Positions 8,801 through 19,478 of a stretch of DNA of 62,109 nucleotides are shown one piece after another. The notes beneath the pieces were generated by a model. That model was not told the origin of the DNA. It searched no databases and saw only the letters and a list, made by a program, of their open reading frames with translations. A program made the translations under genes and the position numbers. Every line of letters begins with the position of its first letter. Position 1 is the stretch's first letter. This DNA is from a virus: the IMG/VR virus record IMGVR_UViG_3300009433_000007; one strand, given 5' to 3'.

Positions 8801-11800
8801 TTATGTAACCAGTAGGGATACTGATTCGTTTAGACTTTCTGCAGTTGGTGTTAGTTCCGATAAAGAATTTTATTATAGAACTAAGCAATATGAAGATATT
8901 AAATCTGTTGGTTTAGGAACACATGTTTTTAATTATCCAGATATCACCGCAACTTTGATTGGAGAAGTTGGAATATCTTCAATTGGAACAGAAACTTTTA
9001 AAGCAAATATTCAACCAATAGTTAGAGGTCAAATTTCTTCAGTTCATATTGAAAATGAGGGAGTTGGTTATGGATCTTCAGAAATACTAAATTACGATCG
9101 TCAACCAACCATTACGATTAGTAGTGGAAAAAATGCCCAAGTAAAACCAATCATTAGTAATGGAAGGATTACGCAAGTTATAGTTTTAAATTCTGGGACT
9201 GGATATAAATCCACACCAGATCTTAGAATTGTTGGTTCTGGTGTTGGTGCAGTCTTAATTCCTATTATTCTAAATGAATCTCTTTCAGAAATTAGAGTTT
9301 TAGAACCTGGTGGTGGATATGATGAATCGGATACTATAATTAATATTGAAACTAATTCTGAAACTGAAAATCAACCAGCATTCTATTCTAATCTTAAAAA
9401 GTGGAGAGTAAATCTTTTTGAGAAAAATTCCTCATTCTTTACTAAAGATGACGGTGTAGTATCACCTTCAAATTATGAACTTCAGTATTTTCATCTTTAT
9501 CCCCCCAGAGTTTTAAGAGAAAGTACATATTCTGTTAACTCAGAAGGAAATGTTTTATATGGGGAAAGTGATCTTCGTAAAGTTAGTAGTATTGAAGTGG
9601 ACTCTCAGCAGCATTCCCCCATATTAGGATTTGCATATGATGGTAACCCAATATATGGTCCATATGGATATACTACACAAACTGGCGGTGCAGTAACTCA
9701 ATTAAAATCTGGATATGCTCTTGATTTAAAATCAGGAAGACCACCCCTTTCAATTTATCCTGAAGGATTCTTTGTTGAAGATTATACTCATACTAAAACT
9801 ACTGATGTTTCAATCCTTGATGAAAATAACGGAAGATTTGGAGTAACTCCAGATTATCCCAATGGAACTTATGCATATTATATGACGGTCAATGATTTGC
9901 AGACCGAAGCATCTGGAGTATTTGAAAAATATAAAAAACCCGTTTTTCCATATATTATTGGAGAAAATTACTACTCTATTCCAGATAAATTTAATTTCGA
10001 TCCTTCATCAAATCAGGATGAATTTAATTTTCAAGCAAGTGATTTAAGAAGAAATACTAATCCACTCAATTTAATTGAAGATACTCAGGAATATCCATAT
10101 CTGTTTATTCCAAATAAATTTAATCAAACTGCAAAAATAAATGCTGCTTCTCCAGGAACTATTGATTCTATTGGAATTTTAACTGGTGGAAATAATTATA
10201 AAGTAAATGAAACTTTAGTATTCAATAATGATAGAACCAGTGGAGATAGTGCTTATGCTAGAATCAGTAGAGTAGCAGGTAAACCAGTTTCCAATATCAG
10301 TGTAGCAACTAGTTCTATTGCTGGGGTAGAAATATATCCCAAATCTTCTGGAACATATGAAGTTGTTTGCGATAATCCTCATGAGTTCCAAAACTTAGAT
10401 GTAATAAGAATTACTGGACTTTCCACAAATGCCAGTGGAATTGAGGGAACATATACAGTAGGAATTTCTTCTAACGTACTTCGTCTTGCTGGCGTTGGGA
10501 CAACCGCAGTTGCAATTGGAACTGAAGGTGTAACTGGATTGGTTACTTACTTTAGTGTAACTGGTGATATTCTTAGCACTAAGGTAAATGATGTTTTGGG
10601 TATTGGAACAGAGAAAGTAAAGGTGCTTAATGTAGACTTTGAGAACTCTAGATTGAGAGTCTTAAGAGCGGTTCGTGGAACGGTCTCTGCTGGTCATACT
10701 ATCGGTAAGTTTTTAATTGAAGATTCTAGGAATTTTGATATTAGCACGGGTATCACTTCGATCTATAAATTTATAAGAAATCAAGAAGTTTACTTTAATC
10801 CCAGCGAAACTGTTGGCGTAGGAACTACCGCTGGAGTTGGTATTGGTTCTACCCTATCTTTTGCTAATCCTGGTGCAGGTATTACTGAGAAATTTATTCC
10901 AACTAAAACTCTCTATTTTAGGAATCATAGTTTTAAAACCGGAGATCAATTAACTTACTCTACAGGGAACGGTGGAACAGGTCTTTATGTCCAAGATGAG
11001 ACTAATGTTGGTTTAGGAACAACTCTTGCTAGTGGAGACAAAGTATTTGTTGCTAGAATAGATGATAACCTTATTGGAATTTCAACTGTAAGGGTTGGTC
11101 TTGGGACCACTGGAACTTTTGTCGGGGTTGCTGCCTCTCACAGAGGGTCTTCAACGTTATTCTTCAAAGGTGTTGGTGTTGGCAATTCTCACAGTTTTAC
11201 AACTAATCATACAGTAATAACTGGAGAAGTAAAGAAAAATACTGTCACCGTAAATACAACAGAAGCACATGGAATTAGTGTAAAACATAGAGTAGATGTA
11301 TTTGTTAATCCCAGAACAAATAATAATATAACTGTAAAATATAATGATTACAATAGAAATGTTGTTTTCAATCCTCTTGGATTTTCTTCTACTGGAATTA
11401 ACACATCAACTGGAGCGATCAATATTCCGGATCATAAGTTTGAAGGTGGAGAAAAAGTAATTTACAATGTCGGAATTGGTAGTGATATTTCTGAAGGATT
11501 AATCAATGAAAACATTTATTACATTTCTAGAGTAGATGATAATAATTTTAAGTTATCTAATACTTACTATGATGCCACTAAAGACATTCCAGTCACAGTT
11601 GGAGTTGCCAGCACTGGATTAACTGGTGGTAATATTAATCCAATTAATCCACCAATATCATTATATAAAGATTCTACAGTTACTTTTGATCTTTCTGATT
11701 CTTCTCTTGGATATTCGGTATTAGGATCTAGTTATCCTGCATTTGAATTAAACCTTTATAGAGATAAAGACTGCAAAATTCGTTGGAATAAATCCGATGA

Positions 11801-14800
11801 CAGTAAAATATTTGAATATTCCTCTTCCGGTCAAGTTGGTTCTGCCGGTGGAGAATCTATTCTAAGTGTAAGTTCTAATTTACCAGAAAGTCTTTTCTAC
11901 AAACTCGATCTAGTCTATAATGCAAGTCTACCGTCTATTAAATCCGAAATAACAACTGATGATGATGTTATTTCTGGGAATGAATTAAAAATCGTAAGTA
12001 GTGGGTATAATGGAAATCATAGACTTATTGTAGGGTCTACGACTTCTTTCTTATATGATTTAAGCGAATTGCCAGAAAGCGTATCTTATGCGTCAACTAT
12101 ATCTGAAATATTTTATGAAACAGATTGTACTCATACTGAAGGTTCAATCGCCAAAATTGACATCATAAATCCAGGTAAAAATTATTATGCTTTACCAGGA
12201 ATCTCTACACTTAATAGTGTCTCTGGTGATGGAGCAATTTTAGAAGCACAAAGTTCTACTATTGGTAGTTTGAAATCTGTTTCTATTGAAGATATTGGAT
12301 TCAATCTTCCTTCTGATACTACTTTGAACCCCAGATTACTTTTTCCACAAACAATTCGTGTTGAACCATTAGCAACATTACAATCCGTTGGTATAACTTC
12401 TTTTGGGAGAGGGTTTTCCATAACACCAAAACTAGTTGTAATCGATGGGAAGACTAAGTTACCTGTCACTGATATAGATCTTAAGATGACTCTTGGAAGT
12501 TCTGAGGTCAAAATCTTAAAGAATTCAAATGGGTTATCTAATTTAAGTCCCACAATTATTCCAACACTTACTGATTCTGGAGTAGGAATTAGTACAATTG
12601 AATATTTCCCTACAACTAAGGATGCACTGGTAACTTTATCTGTAGGATTTAGCACGGTAAATAGTTTCCCATTTGCAGTTGGCGATAAAGTTCTAGTCGA
12701 AAATGTAAGTGTTGGAGTTGGATCGACAGGACAAAACTACAATTCATCTGGATATACTTATAAGTTATTTGAACTAACTGAGGTCAGTCCTAATCTTGGC
12801 GGAATTGGGTCGGTTAGATTTAATATGTCCAATCTTTTTGAAGAAGATCAATTCCCAGGTCAATTTGATGCTGTAAATTCCACTGCAAGAATAACGGCAC
12901 AAAAACATTTCCCCACCTTTAGTAGTGATTTAGTTCTTAATAATTACGTTATAGGAGAAACTGTCACCTCAGAATCTGCAACTGGAGTAGTTGAAGATTG
13001 GAATCCTATCACATCTATCGTTAGAGTATCCTCCAAGGACAACTTCGCAGTTGGAGAAAAGATAACTGGCAAATCATCTAGATTTGTCAGCATTGCTTCT
13101 TCTGCAACTTCATTTGAAACTTATCTCGAATATGATGCAGCATCAAAAGTTGTTAGGGGATGGCAAAGTGATTCTGGAGAACTTAACTACAATCTTCAAA
13201 GAATTCAAGACAATTTTTATTATCAAAAATTCTCATATTCTCTTAAATCCGAAGTCCCATATGATACTTGGAATGACGTTGTTTCATCAACCAACCATAC
13301 TTTAGGATATAAAAAATTCTCCGATTATCAGTTAGAATCTACAAATTCTAATCAAATGTCAGTTGGACTGTCTACTGAACTTGGATCTGTAGATACGGTA
13401 AATGATTTGAATGGATTTGGTAATTTAAATTGTGTTGCTGACTTTGATTTGGTGACAGAAAATAATATTAACTCGGGAACAATATCCGATGAAATGATAT
13501 TTGCTAATAGAATCCTAACGGACTATTTTGAATCTGTCGGAAACAGGGTTCTTTCTATTGATGATATTAGTGGAGAATTTAACAGTGAACCAAGATTAAC
13601 TCCGTTTAGTGTTATTAACACGTTCAGTCTCTCTGATGCAAGAGCATTAAAATATGTTACTTATGTTAGAGATAAGAGATATACTCAGGAAAGACAACTT
13701 CTTATTGTGGATTTGGTTCATGATGGCGTAAGAGCATATATGAATCAATACGGAAGAATTGAAACTCAATATGATCAAGGTTCTTTTGACTTCTCTGTTA
13801 GTGGAACAGATGGTCAATTGCTATTCTATCCAACTAAATCTACTGTTAATGACTATAATGTAACTACATTATCTTACAATATTAGTGGTATCGCAACTGT
13901 AGGAACTGGAGGTACTTATTTTGGTAGCGGTGTTTTAGTAGACACTTCTAGCACTGAAGTCACTTCTGGTTCCAGTTCTACGATTGTATCGATAGCGAGT
14001 ACATATAATTCTGCTAAAGTTTTGGTATCTATCAATCCAGATTCTACACAGAATGATAAATTTGAGATGGTTGAACTTAATGTCACTCATGATGGAACTA
14101 CAGTAGAGTTACTTGAATTTGGTCAACTAACTACTGGGGGATTTGATTCTTTTTCTGGTGGTGTAGGACTCGGAACTTACTCTGCGGCAATATCAGGAAG
14201 CAATTTGGAAATTGATTTCCATCCTGGAGTAAGTATCGCGACTACATGTTTAGTGAACACTGTTCAAGTTGCATTGTCTCAAAATACTTCTGGAATTGGA
14301 ACAACTAAATTACAATTTGCTGAAATTGATGGAAGGACAACCAGTATTTCTGCCTCTGGAACTCCTGGAGTTACAACTGTCTCTCAATATGGTAATGATT
14401 ACGACTCTGCATACTTCATAGCACAGGTTGCTGATACAACTAATGGTAGATATCAGATTTCTGAATTAGTTGTTGTTGATGATTATATTGATGCGACAAA
14501 TTCATATGACACCTATTTCACCGAGTATGGTAATGTTGAAACTGGTGTGGGATTAGGAACGTTTGGAACTAGTATTGATAGCACTGGTACGGTCTCTCTT
14601 CTGTTTACTCCAAATGCAAGCATTGCTACAAAAGTAACTGTATTTAAAAATGCAGTTACTCTTGATCAAGACACTAACCTAGGAGTTGCGATTACTTTCA
14701 GTAACGCTTCTATTGGAGGAGAATTTGGTACTTATGAAGGAACCGAATCAGATATTACGAGAGCATTTGGATTAACCCATGAAAATAATGAGATTTTTGA

Positions 14801-17800
14801 AAGATACTTCACTGGGAATGATAGTTCTATTGTTAATGTAACAAGTAATACTATTACTATTCCAAATCACTTCTTTGTAAGCGGTGAGAAGATTGAATAT
14901 GTTCACGTTGGAACTGCTTCCTCTGCTGTTGGAATCGCTACAACATCCTTCGTTGGTGCTTCAAATACAACATTCTTACCTGGAGAAAATATCTTTGCAG
15001 TTAAGGTTGATGATAACAATATTAAGATTGCGGCTAGTGCTGAAAAAGCACTTAAAGATGTTCCTGAAATAGTAGAACTTGAAAGTGTTGGTATTGGAAC
15101 CTCTCATAGATTTGTGGCAACTAATCAGAATGCTAAGATTATGGTTGCTATTGATAATCTCATACAATCTCCTATTGTTGCTACTTCAGTAACTACCGGA
15201 TTGTCCACAAATACAACCATCTTTGAAAACATAGTTAAATTTAGTGGAATAACGTCATTCTTTGGATCTGATCTAATCAGAGTTGGTAGTGAGATTATGA
15301 AAATTGAAGGTGTTGGTATCGGCAGCACCAATTTCATAAAAGTCCGTAGAGGATGGTTGGGGACTAAAGTTGCCGCTGCTGGAACTCATGCTTTAGTTAC
15401 TAAAATTACAGGAAACTACAATGTTGTAGATAATGTCCTTAATTTTGTAGAAGCACCTTTTGGAAATACTCCCATTGGTTCCACAACTAATCCACCAGAT
15501 CAAAGAGACTTTGTTGGAATTACAACAAGTTCTACTTTCCAAGGAAGAAGTTTTATTAGGTCGGGAATAACTGGAGGATCTAATAATGCTTACAATAAAA
15601 ATTATATCTTTGATAATGTTAATGACCAGTTTAATGGAACGACTAATCAATTTACTTTAGAACAATCTAGTAGTAATATAACGGGAATTACTGATGAAAA
15701 TGCAATTATTCTAGTTAATGATATTTTCCAAGTTCCTTCTTCGGATAAAGATTATGTTTTATCTGAGAATTCTGGAATTACTTCTATAACATTTAATGGT
15801 ACTTCTCCACAAACTCCTCTTGGACCTGATGTAGGAATTTCTAGTTTCCCTAAAGGTGGAATTATAGTTTCTGTTGGTTCGACTGAAGGATTTGGTTATC
15901 AACCTTTGGTTTCTGCTGGTGGAACTGCAATCATCTCTGGATTTGGTACTATCTCTTCTATCAGTATTGGTAATAGTGGGTCTGGATACAGATCTGGTAT
16001 TCAAACAACTGTCAATGTAGGGGTTGGGACTTCGAGCACTGGAACAGGAAACATTCAATTCGTTGGAGTTGCTTCTATCAGTAATGGACACATTGTAAGT
16101 GTTGCAATTACAAATCCAGGAACAGGTTACACTCATACCAATCAACCGTTTGTTGTATTTGATGATCCCTTATCATATTCCAATATGCGTTTATTCTACA
16201 GTTCTTCTTCTCCTGCTGGAGTTGGAACTGAAGCAACTATCGATGTTGTAGTTGGTAATGGATCTAGTGTAGTTGATTTTCAGATTGATAATACTGGATA
16301 TGGGTATAGAGATGGTGCCATTTTAACAGTTGCAATCGGAGGAACAACAGGAATACCAACTACATCATCCTATTCTGGGAATGAGTTCCAAGTTACTGTT
16401 GATGAAATTGCAGACGATAAGTTTGCAGGTTGGTCTGTAGGAACTTTACAGGTTCTTGATAATATTGAAGACCTTATTGATGGAGTAAGAAAAGATTTCC
16501 CACTTAAATTGAACGGAGCAATTACTTCAATTGTTTCTTCTCCAGGTTCAAAAATCGATGTTCAAGATGTATTAATTATTTTTGTAAATGATATTTTACA
16601 AGAACCAGGTGTAGGATATGAATTTGCAGGGGGAAGCACACTCACCTTTACCGAGGCATTAAAGATTGGTGATATTGTTACCATTATTTTCTATAAAGGA
16701 AATGGTGATAGTGACGTTATTTTTAGAGATGTGATCGAAACGGTTAAGAAAGGTGATACATTACAATTAAAACATATGGCAGGTTCTCAAGCACAAAGTC
16801 TTGATGAAGATGAAAGAAGTGTTCTTAACATTCTTTCAACCGGCAATGTTGCAACAAATCCTTACTTTGGACCAGGAAATACTAATGATGTAACTTTAGT
16901 AAGACCAGTTACCTGGTGCAGACAAACTGAAGATAAGATTATTGATGGTATTCCAACAGGAAAAGATAGGGAACTCTATGAACCCATTATTAATCCAACA
17001 GCATATATTATTAAAAATGTTGGTATAGGTTCAACTGCAGTATATGTCGATAGTCTGAGACCACTATTTAATCCTCAAAACGAGGCAGCAGACTTACAGT
17101 TCCAAAATAAAATTAAATTTATTGCTCAAGAACCAAAAGTTGGTGCATCTGCAACAGCTGTTGTTTCTGGGTTTGGAACTATTTCTTCCGTTGTAATATC
17201 TGATGGTGGTGTTGGATATAGCACTGCAACAGTAAGTTTCGGTTACACCTCTGCGTCTAGAGCATTTGGTACAGTTACCATAAGTGCTGGTGGAACTGTA
17301 ACTGGTGTTGCAATTACCTCCCCCGGAGTTGGTTATACATATACAAGCGTGCCTACTGTTCTTATCTCTCCTCCAGGACATACTGAAGAGGCATGTAGTG
17401 TAAATACTTATTCTGGTGATAATGGTATTGTTGTTGGATTTGGAACCACTGTTGGTCCAAAACTAATCTTTGACATTCATGTTCCATATGATTCTTTCCT
17501 CAGAAATACAGTTGTTGCTGGAACTGCCGTTACAATAACATCTATTCAAGCAAATGATTACTTCATGATTAAAAAATCCAACGTTGGTGTTGGATCTACA
17601 TTTGTAGACGGAATATATGAGGTCGCTAGTATTGAAACATTTGAGAGAGATGTTGTTGGAATATCAACGACAGTTAAGAGATTATTTGTTGACGCTACCA
17701 TTGTTCCTTCAGGATACTCTTCTGGAATTACAACTTCTGATACTGGTTTCGGTGACTTTAGTTGGGGAAGAATTGATGTTTCCTCAAGAGATCTCACAAG

Positions 17801-17894
17801 TTCTTATACTGCATATACTTCTGGTATAACTACTTCGACTAAAGTAGTTAGGACAAACTTCTTGAAGTCTAAAAATTATACCACAAACTCCTAA
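5859..17894 (+). CDS. g7: Giant baseplate wedge initiator gp7-like structural protein (4011 aa)
   Basis: N-terminal gp7-type segments (QLPQYVQEDYP..FLKQYY; KDFYLSKGTDQSYKILFKALY); position between g6 and g8; many repeated beta modules. Confidence 0.8.
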   Translation: MSKNRVQLNSVVSSQLPQYVQEDYPLVSSFLKQYYLGQEYQSGPVDLIQNIDEYIKLDETTNVVESAILQGDLSFYDKTIKVDPSESPTGTIGFPDSYGLLKIDNEIITYTGKTDYSFTGCRRGFVGITSYKSGTNNNELIFEESEYDDHFAGSTIENLSILFLKQFLLKTKNQLLPGLENRTLTEDLNENIFVKQSKDFYLSKGTDQSYKILFKALYNKDVSVIRPSEFLVTPSNARYEIVNQLIVEPISGNPENLDTATFYQDAYKFDNNIGRSYAPITSVEKIEVGYGQTFYKLNYDGGYNRDIGVSGVEYGQFKVEPSTRVIGAVSSGSTIFDVDSTVGFGTTGELYVTYNDTTTGVVSYTSKSLTQFFGVTNLSGIIDDATTVGINTFSYGRSRLNQDEIIKVRLSSVYNSVKLPKNTRSFLKGTTANVTTYGISENNFKTDKWEYNVSPRYSVDKVELIDSSDFTYAITLKSKHYLKIGNSIFIVLKDKTKISSTVISIDTEKSCKIRGQGSLVNSQVSSIQRKIQKGTSNTFPNITSFSTGVDNLYKNDDGEYIVASPSIPSYNSQPIEVTPRKVTFSGTFIGTELEITPGIEHGFYTGDAVYYTASTSDEKYVDSSGKVKTRQKRNTGLFNDGLYFVSRVDGFTLKFAKSRDDINTGNFVSVESSTTVSDSVIQPYISFNKTLKPQKLLRKIIDPKSQGVKTKTLPGTTGILINGVEVLNYKSEDVVRYGAIESIDILSPSNNIDIINPPNLIISDTVGTGATGHIAVSGSLREIRVLDGGFDYLSTPTLKIDGGNGAGAFGTVNMKMIDHSPEFFADEASAKVSLTNNTIGFSTYHKFRNAEQVIYKTFDEQSIVGLDTSALYFVSVSDNVTVKLHPTQADVISGINTVNLTGFGIGKHALQSVNKKSIVSSINIVNGGSDYETKKRTTHVAGINTSSNVITIKNHGYKNGEKIKYTVVGSVAEGLTNNNEYYVTSRDTDSFRLSAVGVSSDKEFYYRTKQYEDIKSVGLGTHVFNYPDITATLIGEVGISSIGTETFKANIQPIVRGQISSVHIENEGVGYGSSEILNYDRQPTITISSGKNAQVKPIISNGRITQVIVLNSGTGYKSTPDLRIVGSGVGAVLIPIILNESLSEIRVLEPGGGYDESDTIINIETNSETENQPAFYSNLKKWRVNLFEKNSSFFTKDDGVVSPSNYELQYFHLYPPRVLRESTYSVNSEGNVLYGESDLRKVSSIEVDSQQHSPILGFAYDGNPIYGPYGYTTQTGGAVTQLKSGYALDLKSGRPPLSIYPEGFFVEDYTHTKTTDVSILDENNGRFGVTPDYPNGTYAYYMTVNDLQTEASGVFEKYKKPVFPYIIGENYYSIPDKFNFDPSSNQDEFNFQASDLRRNTNPLNLIEDTQEYPYLFIPNKFNQTAKINAASPGTIDSIGILTGGNNYKVNETLVFNNDRTSGDSAYARISRVAGKPVSNISVATSSIAGVEIYPKSSGTYEVVCDNPHEFQNLDVIRITGLSTNASGIEGTYTVGISSNVLRLAGVGTTAVAIGTEGVTGLVTYFSVTGDILSTKVNDVLGIGTEKVKVLNVDFENSRLRVLRAVRGTVSAGHTIGKFLIEDSRNFDISTGITSIYKFIRNQEVYFNPSETVGVGTTAGVGIGSTLSFANPGAGITEKFIPTKTLYFRNHSFKTGDQLTYSTGNGGTGLYVQDETNVGLGTTLASGDKVFVARIDDNLIGISTVRVGLGTTGTFVGVAASHRGSSTLFFKGVGVGNSHSFTTNHTVITGEVKKNTVTVNTTEAHGISVKHRVDVFVNPRTNNNITVKYNDYNRNVVFNPLGFSSTGINTSTGAINIPDHKFEGGEKVIYNVGIGSDISEGLINENIYYISRVDDNNFKLSNTYYDATKDIPVTVGVASTGLTGGNINPINPPISLYKDSTVTFDLSDSSLGYSVLGSSYPAFELNLYRDKDCKIRWNKSDDSKIFEYSSSGQVGSAGGESILSVSSNLPESLFYKLDLVYNASLPSIKSEITTDDDVISGNELKIVSSGYNGNHRLIVGSTTSFLYDLSELPESVSYASTISEIFYETDCTHTEGSIAKIDIINPGKNYYALPGISTLNSVSGDGAILEAQSSTIGSLKSVSIEDIGFNLPSDTTLNPRLLFPQTIRVEPLATLQSVGITSFGRGFSITPKLVVIDGKTKLPVTDIDLKMTLGSSEVKILKNSNGLSNLSPTIIPTLTDSGVGISTIEYFPTTKDALVTLSVGFSTVNSFPFAVGDKVLVENVSVGVGSTGQNYNSSGYTYKLFELTEVSPNLGGIGSVRFNMSNLFEEDQFPGQFDAVNSTARITAQKHFPTFSSDLVLNNYVIGETVTSESATGVVEDWNPITSIVRVSSKDNFAVGEKITGKSSRFVSIASSATSFETYLEYDAASKVVRGWQSDSGELNYNLQRIQDNFYYQKFSYSLKSEVPYDTWNDVVSSTNHTLGYKKFSDYQLESTNSNQMSVGLSTELGSVDTVNDLNGFGNLNCVADFDLVTENNINSGTISDEMIFANRILTDYFESVGNRVLSIDDISGEFNSEPRLTPFSVINTFSLSDARALKYVTYVRDKRYTQERQLLIVDLVHDGVRAYMNQYGRIETQYDQGSFDFSVSGTDGQLLFYPTKSTVNDYNVTTLSYNISGIATVGTGGTYFGSGVLVDTSSTEVTSGSSSTIVSIASTYNSAKVLVSINPDSTQNDKFEMVELNVTHDGTTVELLEFGQLTTGGFDSFSGGVGLGTYSAAISGSNLEIDFHPGVSIATTCLVNTVQVALSQNTSGIGTTKLQFAEIDGRTTSISASGTPGVTTVSQYGNDYDSAYFIAQVADTTNGRYQISELVVVDDYIDATNSYDTYFTEYGNVETGVGLGTFGTSIDSTGTVSLLFTPNASIATKVTVFKNAVTLDQDTNLGVAITFSNASIGGEFGTYEGTESDITRAFGLTHENNEIFERYFTGNDSSIVNVTSNTITIPNHFFVSGEKIEYVHVGTASSAVGIATTSFVGASNTTFLPGENIFAVKVDDNNIKIAASAEKALKDVPEIVELESVGIGTSHRFVATNQNAKIMVAIDNLIQSPIVATSVTTGLSTNTTIFENIVKFSGITSFFGSDLIRVGSEIMKIEGVGIGSTNFIKVRRGWLGTKVAAAGTHALVTKITGNYNVVDNVLNFVEAPFGNTPIGSTTNPPDQRDFVGITTSSTFQGRSFIRSGITGGSNNAYNKNYIFDNVNDQFNGTTNQFTLEQSSSNITGITDENAIILVNDIFQVPSSDKDYVLSENSGITSITFNGTSPQTPLGPDVGISSFPKGGIIVSVGSTEGFGYQPLVSAGGTAIISGFGTISSISIGNSGSGYRSGIQTTVNVGVGTSSTGTGNIQFVGVASISNGHIVSVAITNPGTGYTHTNQPFVVFDDPLSYSNMRLFYSSSSPAGVGTEATIDVVVGNGSSVVDFQIDNTGYGYRDGAILTVAIGGTTGIPTTSSYSGNEFQVTVDEIADDKFAGWSVGTLQVLDNIEDLIDGVRKDFPLKLNGAITSIVSSPGSKIDVQDVLIIFVNDILQEPGVGYEFAGGSTLTFTEALKIGDIVTIIFYKGNGDSDVIFRDVIETVKKGDTLQLKHMAGSQAQSLDEDERSVLNILSTGNVATNPYFGPGNTNDVTLVRPVTWCRQTEDKIIDGIPTGKDRELYEPIINPTAYIIKNVGIGSTAVYVDSLRPLFNPQNEAADLQFQNKIKFIAQEPKVGASATAVVSGFGTISSVVISDGGVGYSTATVSFGYTSASRAFGTVTISAGGTVTGVAITSPGVGYTYTSVPTVLISPPGHTEEACSVNTYSGDNGIVVGFGTTVGPKLIFDIHVPYDSFLRNTVVAGTAVTITSIQANDYFMIKKSNVGVGSTFVDGIYEVASIETFERDVVGISTTVKRLFVDATIVPSGYSSGITTSDTGFGDFSWGRIDVSSRDLTSSYTAYTSGITTSTKVVRTNFLKSKNYTTNS

Positions 17895-17900
17895 TAAATA
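17893..17900 (+). promoter_or_regulatory. Late promoter for g8
   Basis: AATAAATA 18 nt upstream of the g8 ATG. Confidence 0.65.
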
Positions 17901-17918
17901 AAGAAAAACCTGCGTCAA

Positions 17919-19472
17919 ATGGCTGCTATTATAACGGATCAGATTAGGATATTAAATGCAAAGAATTTTATTGCTGGAGTGAATAATTCCAGCAACTCTT
18001 ATTATTCTTTTGTTGGGTTGCCTAATCCTACAGATTATCAAAGTGATTGGGATACTGATCCTCCTGCACCTAAAGATAATTTTGATCAAGAGAATGATTA
18101 TTGGGATACAATGATTGCTCTCAAGAAAATTGAAAGTTCTGATGCAAATCAAGTAGTTCCAAAAAGAACATGGAGTTCTGGTACTGCCTATGACATGTAT
18201 CGTCATGATTATAGTAGAACTAATACAGCAAAGATTTCTGGATCAACTTCATTATATCTTGCAAATTATTTTGTAATGAATAGTGACTTTAGAGTTTACA
18301 TTTGCCTACACAATGGAATAGACCCAGATAATCCTACAGGAAAGGCATCTTTGGATGAACCAACTTTCACTGATTTGGAACCAAGAAGTGCAGGGACTAG
18401 TGGTGATGGATATATTTGGAAATATTTGTATACTATTAAACCAAGTGAGGTAGTAAAATTTGAGTCTACCCAGTATATGCCAGTCCCAGCAAATTGGGGA
18501 ACTGCAACTAATAATGCAGCAGTTAGAGATAACTCTATTGATGGTAGTATTAAAATTGTGACTATTACTAATCGTGGAATTGGTTTAGGAACGGCAAATG
18601 CAACTTATACGGGAGTTCCTATCCGTGGAGATGGAACTGGAGCAGAATGTACTATTGTAATCAATGGCAATCAACAAGTAGGGCAAGTAATTGTTTCTAA
18701 TCAGGGTTCCGATTACACTTATGGAAATATTGATTTGGTTGCTGGTGGAGTTCCTACAGGAACCACTAGACCAACCTTTGATGTAATTATTCCTCCACAA
18801 GGAGGACATGGTGCAGACATTTATAGAGAATTGGGAGCATACAATGTTCTTCTCTATTCTAGAATTGAAAATGATAATGAAAATCCAGATTTTATTACTG
18901 GAAACCAAATATCTAGAATTGGAGTTGTAGAAAATCCAGAACAGTTTGGTTCATCTTCAAAATTAGAATTGAGTAAAGCATCTGCTGTAAATGCACTTAA
19001 ATTAGTAGGAACTGGGTATAGCACTGCAACCTTTACAGCAGATGCATATTTTACTCAAACGGTATCCACAGGATCAACTGCTGTAGGAAGAGTTGTTAGT
19101 TATGACCAGACCACTGGAGTTCTTAAATTTTGGCAGGACAGAAGTCTTGCAGGATTTAATACTGTTGGAACAGCACAAACTCAACCTACATATGGATTTG
19201 ATTTAACCGAATTTACATCAACTCCCGGAACAGGTGGAAGTTTATCCATCAGTCCATCTACTGGTTCAAATTTAAATATTGATGAAAACTTTACTGGTAT
19301 ATCTACGGTAATAAATAATCGTACTTACTATCTTGGTCAGAGTTTTACGAGCGGTGTTGCCAGTCCTGAGGTTAAAAAACACTCTGGAAATATTATTTAC
19401 GTTGACAACAGACCATCTATAACCAGATCGTCAAACCAAAAAGAAGACATAAAAGTTATTTTGCAGTTCTAA
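17919..19472 (+). CDS. g8: Baseplate wedge subunit gp8
   Basis: WSSGTAYDMYRHDYS, FVMNSDFRVYICL, DGYIWKYLYTI and SGNIIYVDNRPSITR motifs. Confidence 0.9.
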   Translation: MAAIITDQIRILNAKNFIAGVNNSSNSYYSFVGLPNPTDYQSDWDTDPPAPKDNFDQENDYWDTMIALKKIESSDANQVVPKRTWSSGTAYDMYRHDYSRTNTAKISGSTSLYLANYFVMNSDFRVYICLHNGIDPDNPTGKASLDEPTFTDLEPRSAGTSGDGYIWKYLYTIKPSEVVKFESTQYMPVPANWGTATNNAAVRDNSIDGSIKIVTITNRGIGLGTANATYTGVPIRGDGTGAECTIVINGNQQVGQVIVSNQGSDYTYGNIDLVAGGVPTGTTRPTFDVIIPPQGGHGADIYRELGAYNVLLYSRIENDNENPDFITGNQISRIGVVENPEQFGSSSKLELSKASAVNALKLVGTGYSTATFTADAYFTQTVSTGSTAVGRVVSYDQTTGVLKFWQDRSLAGFNTVGTAQTQPTYGFDLTEFTSTPGTGGSLSISPSTGSNLNIDENFTGISTVINNRTYYLGQSFTSGVASPEVKKHSGNIIYVDNRPSITRSSNQKEDIKVILQF

Positions 19473-19478
19473 AGAATT

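Noticed and set aside
12185-12655. 156-aa minus-strand ORF and the many other antisense or alternate-frame ORFs in the track (e.g. 34875..35408, 25143..25547, 15759..16145)
   Set aside because: They lie wholly within well-supported + strand genes, have no RBS, promoter or motif, and show shadow-frame composition.
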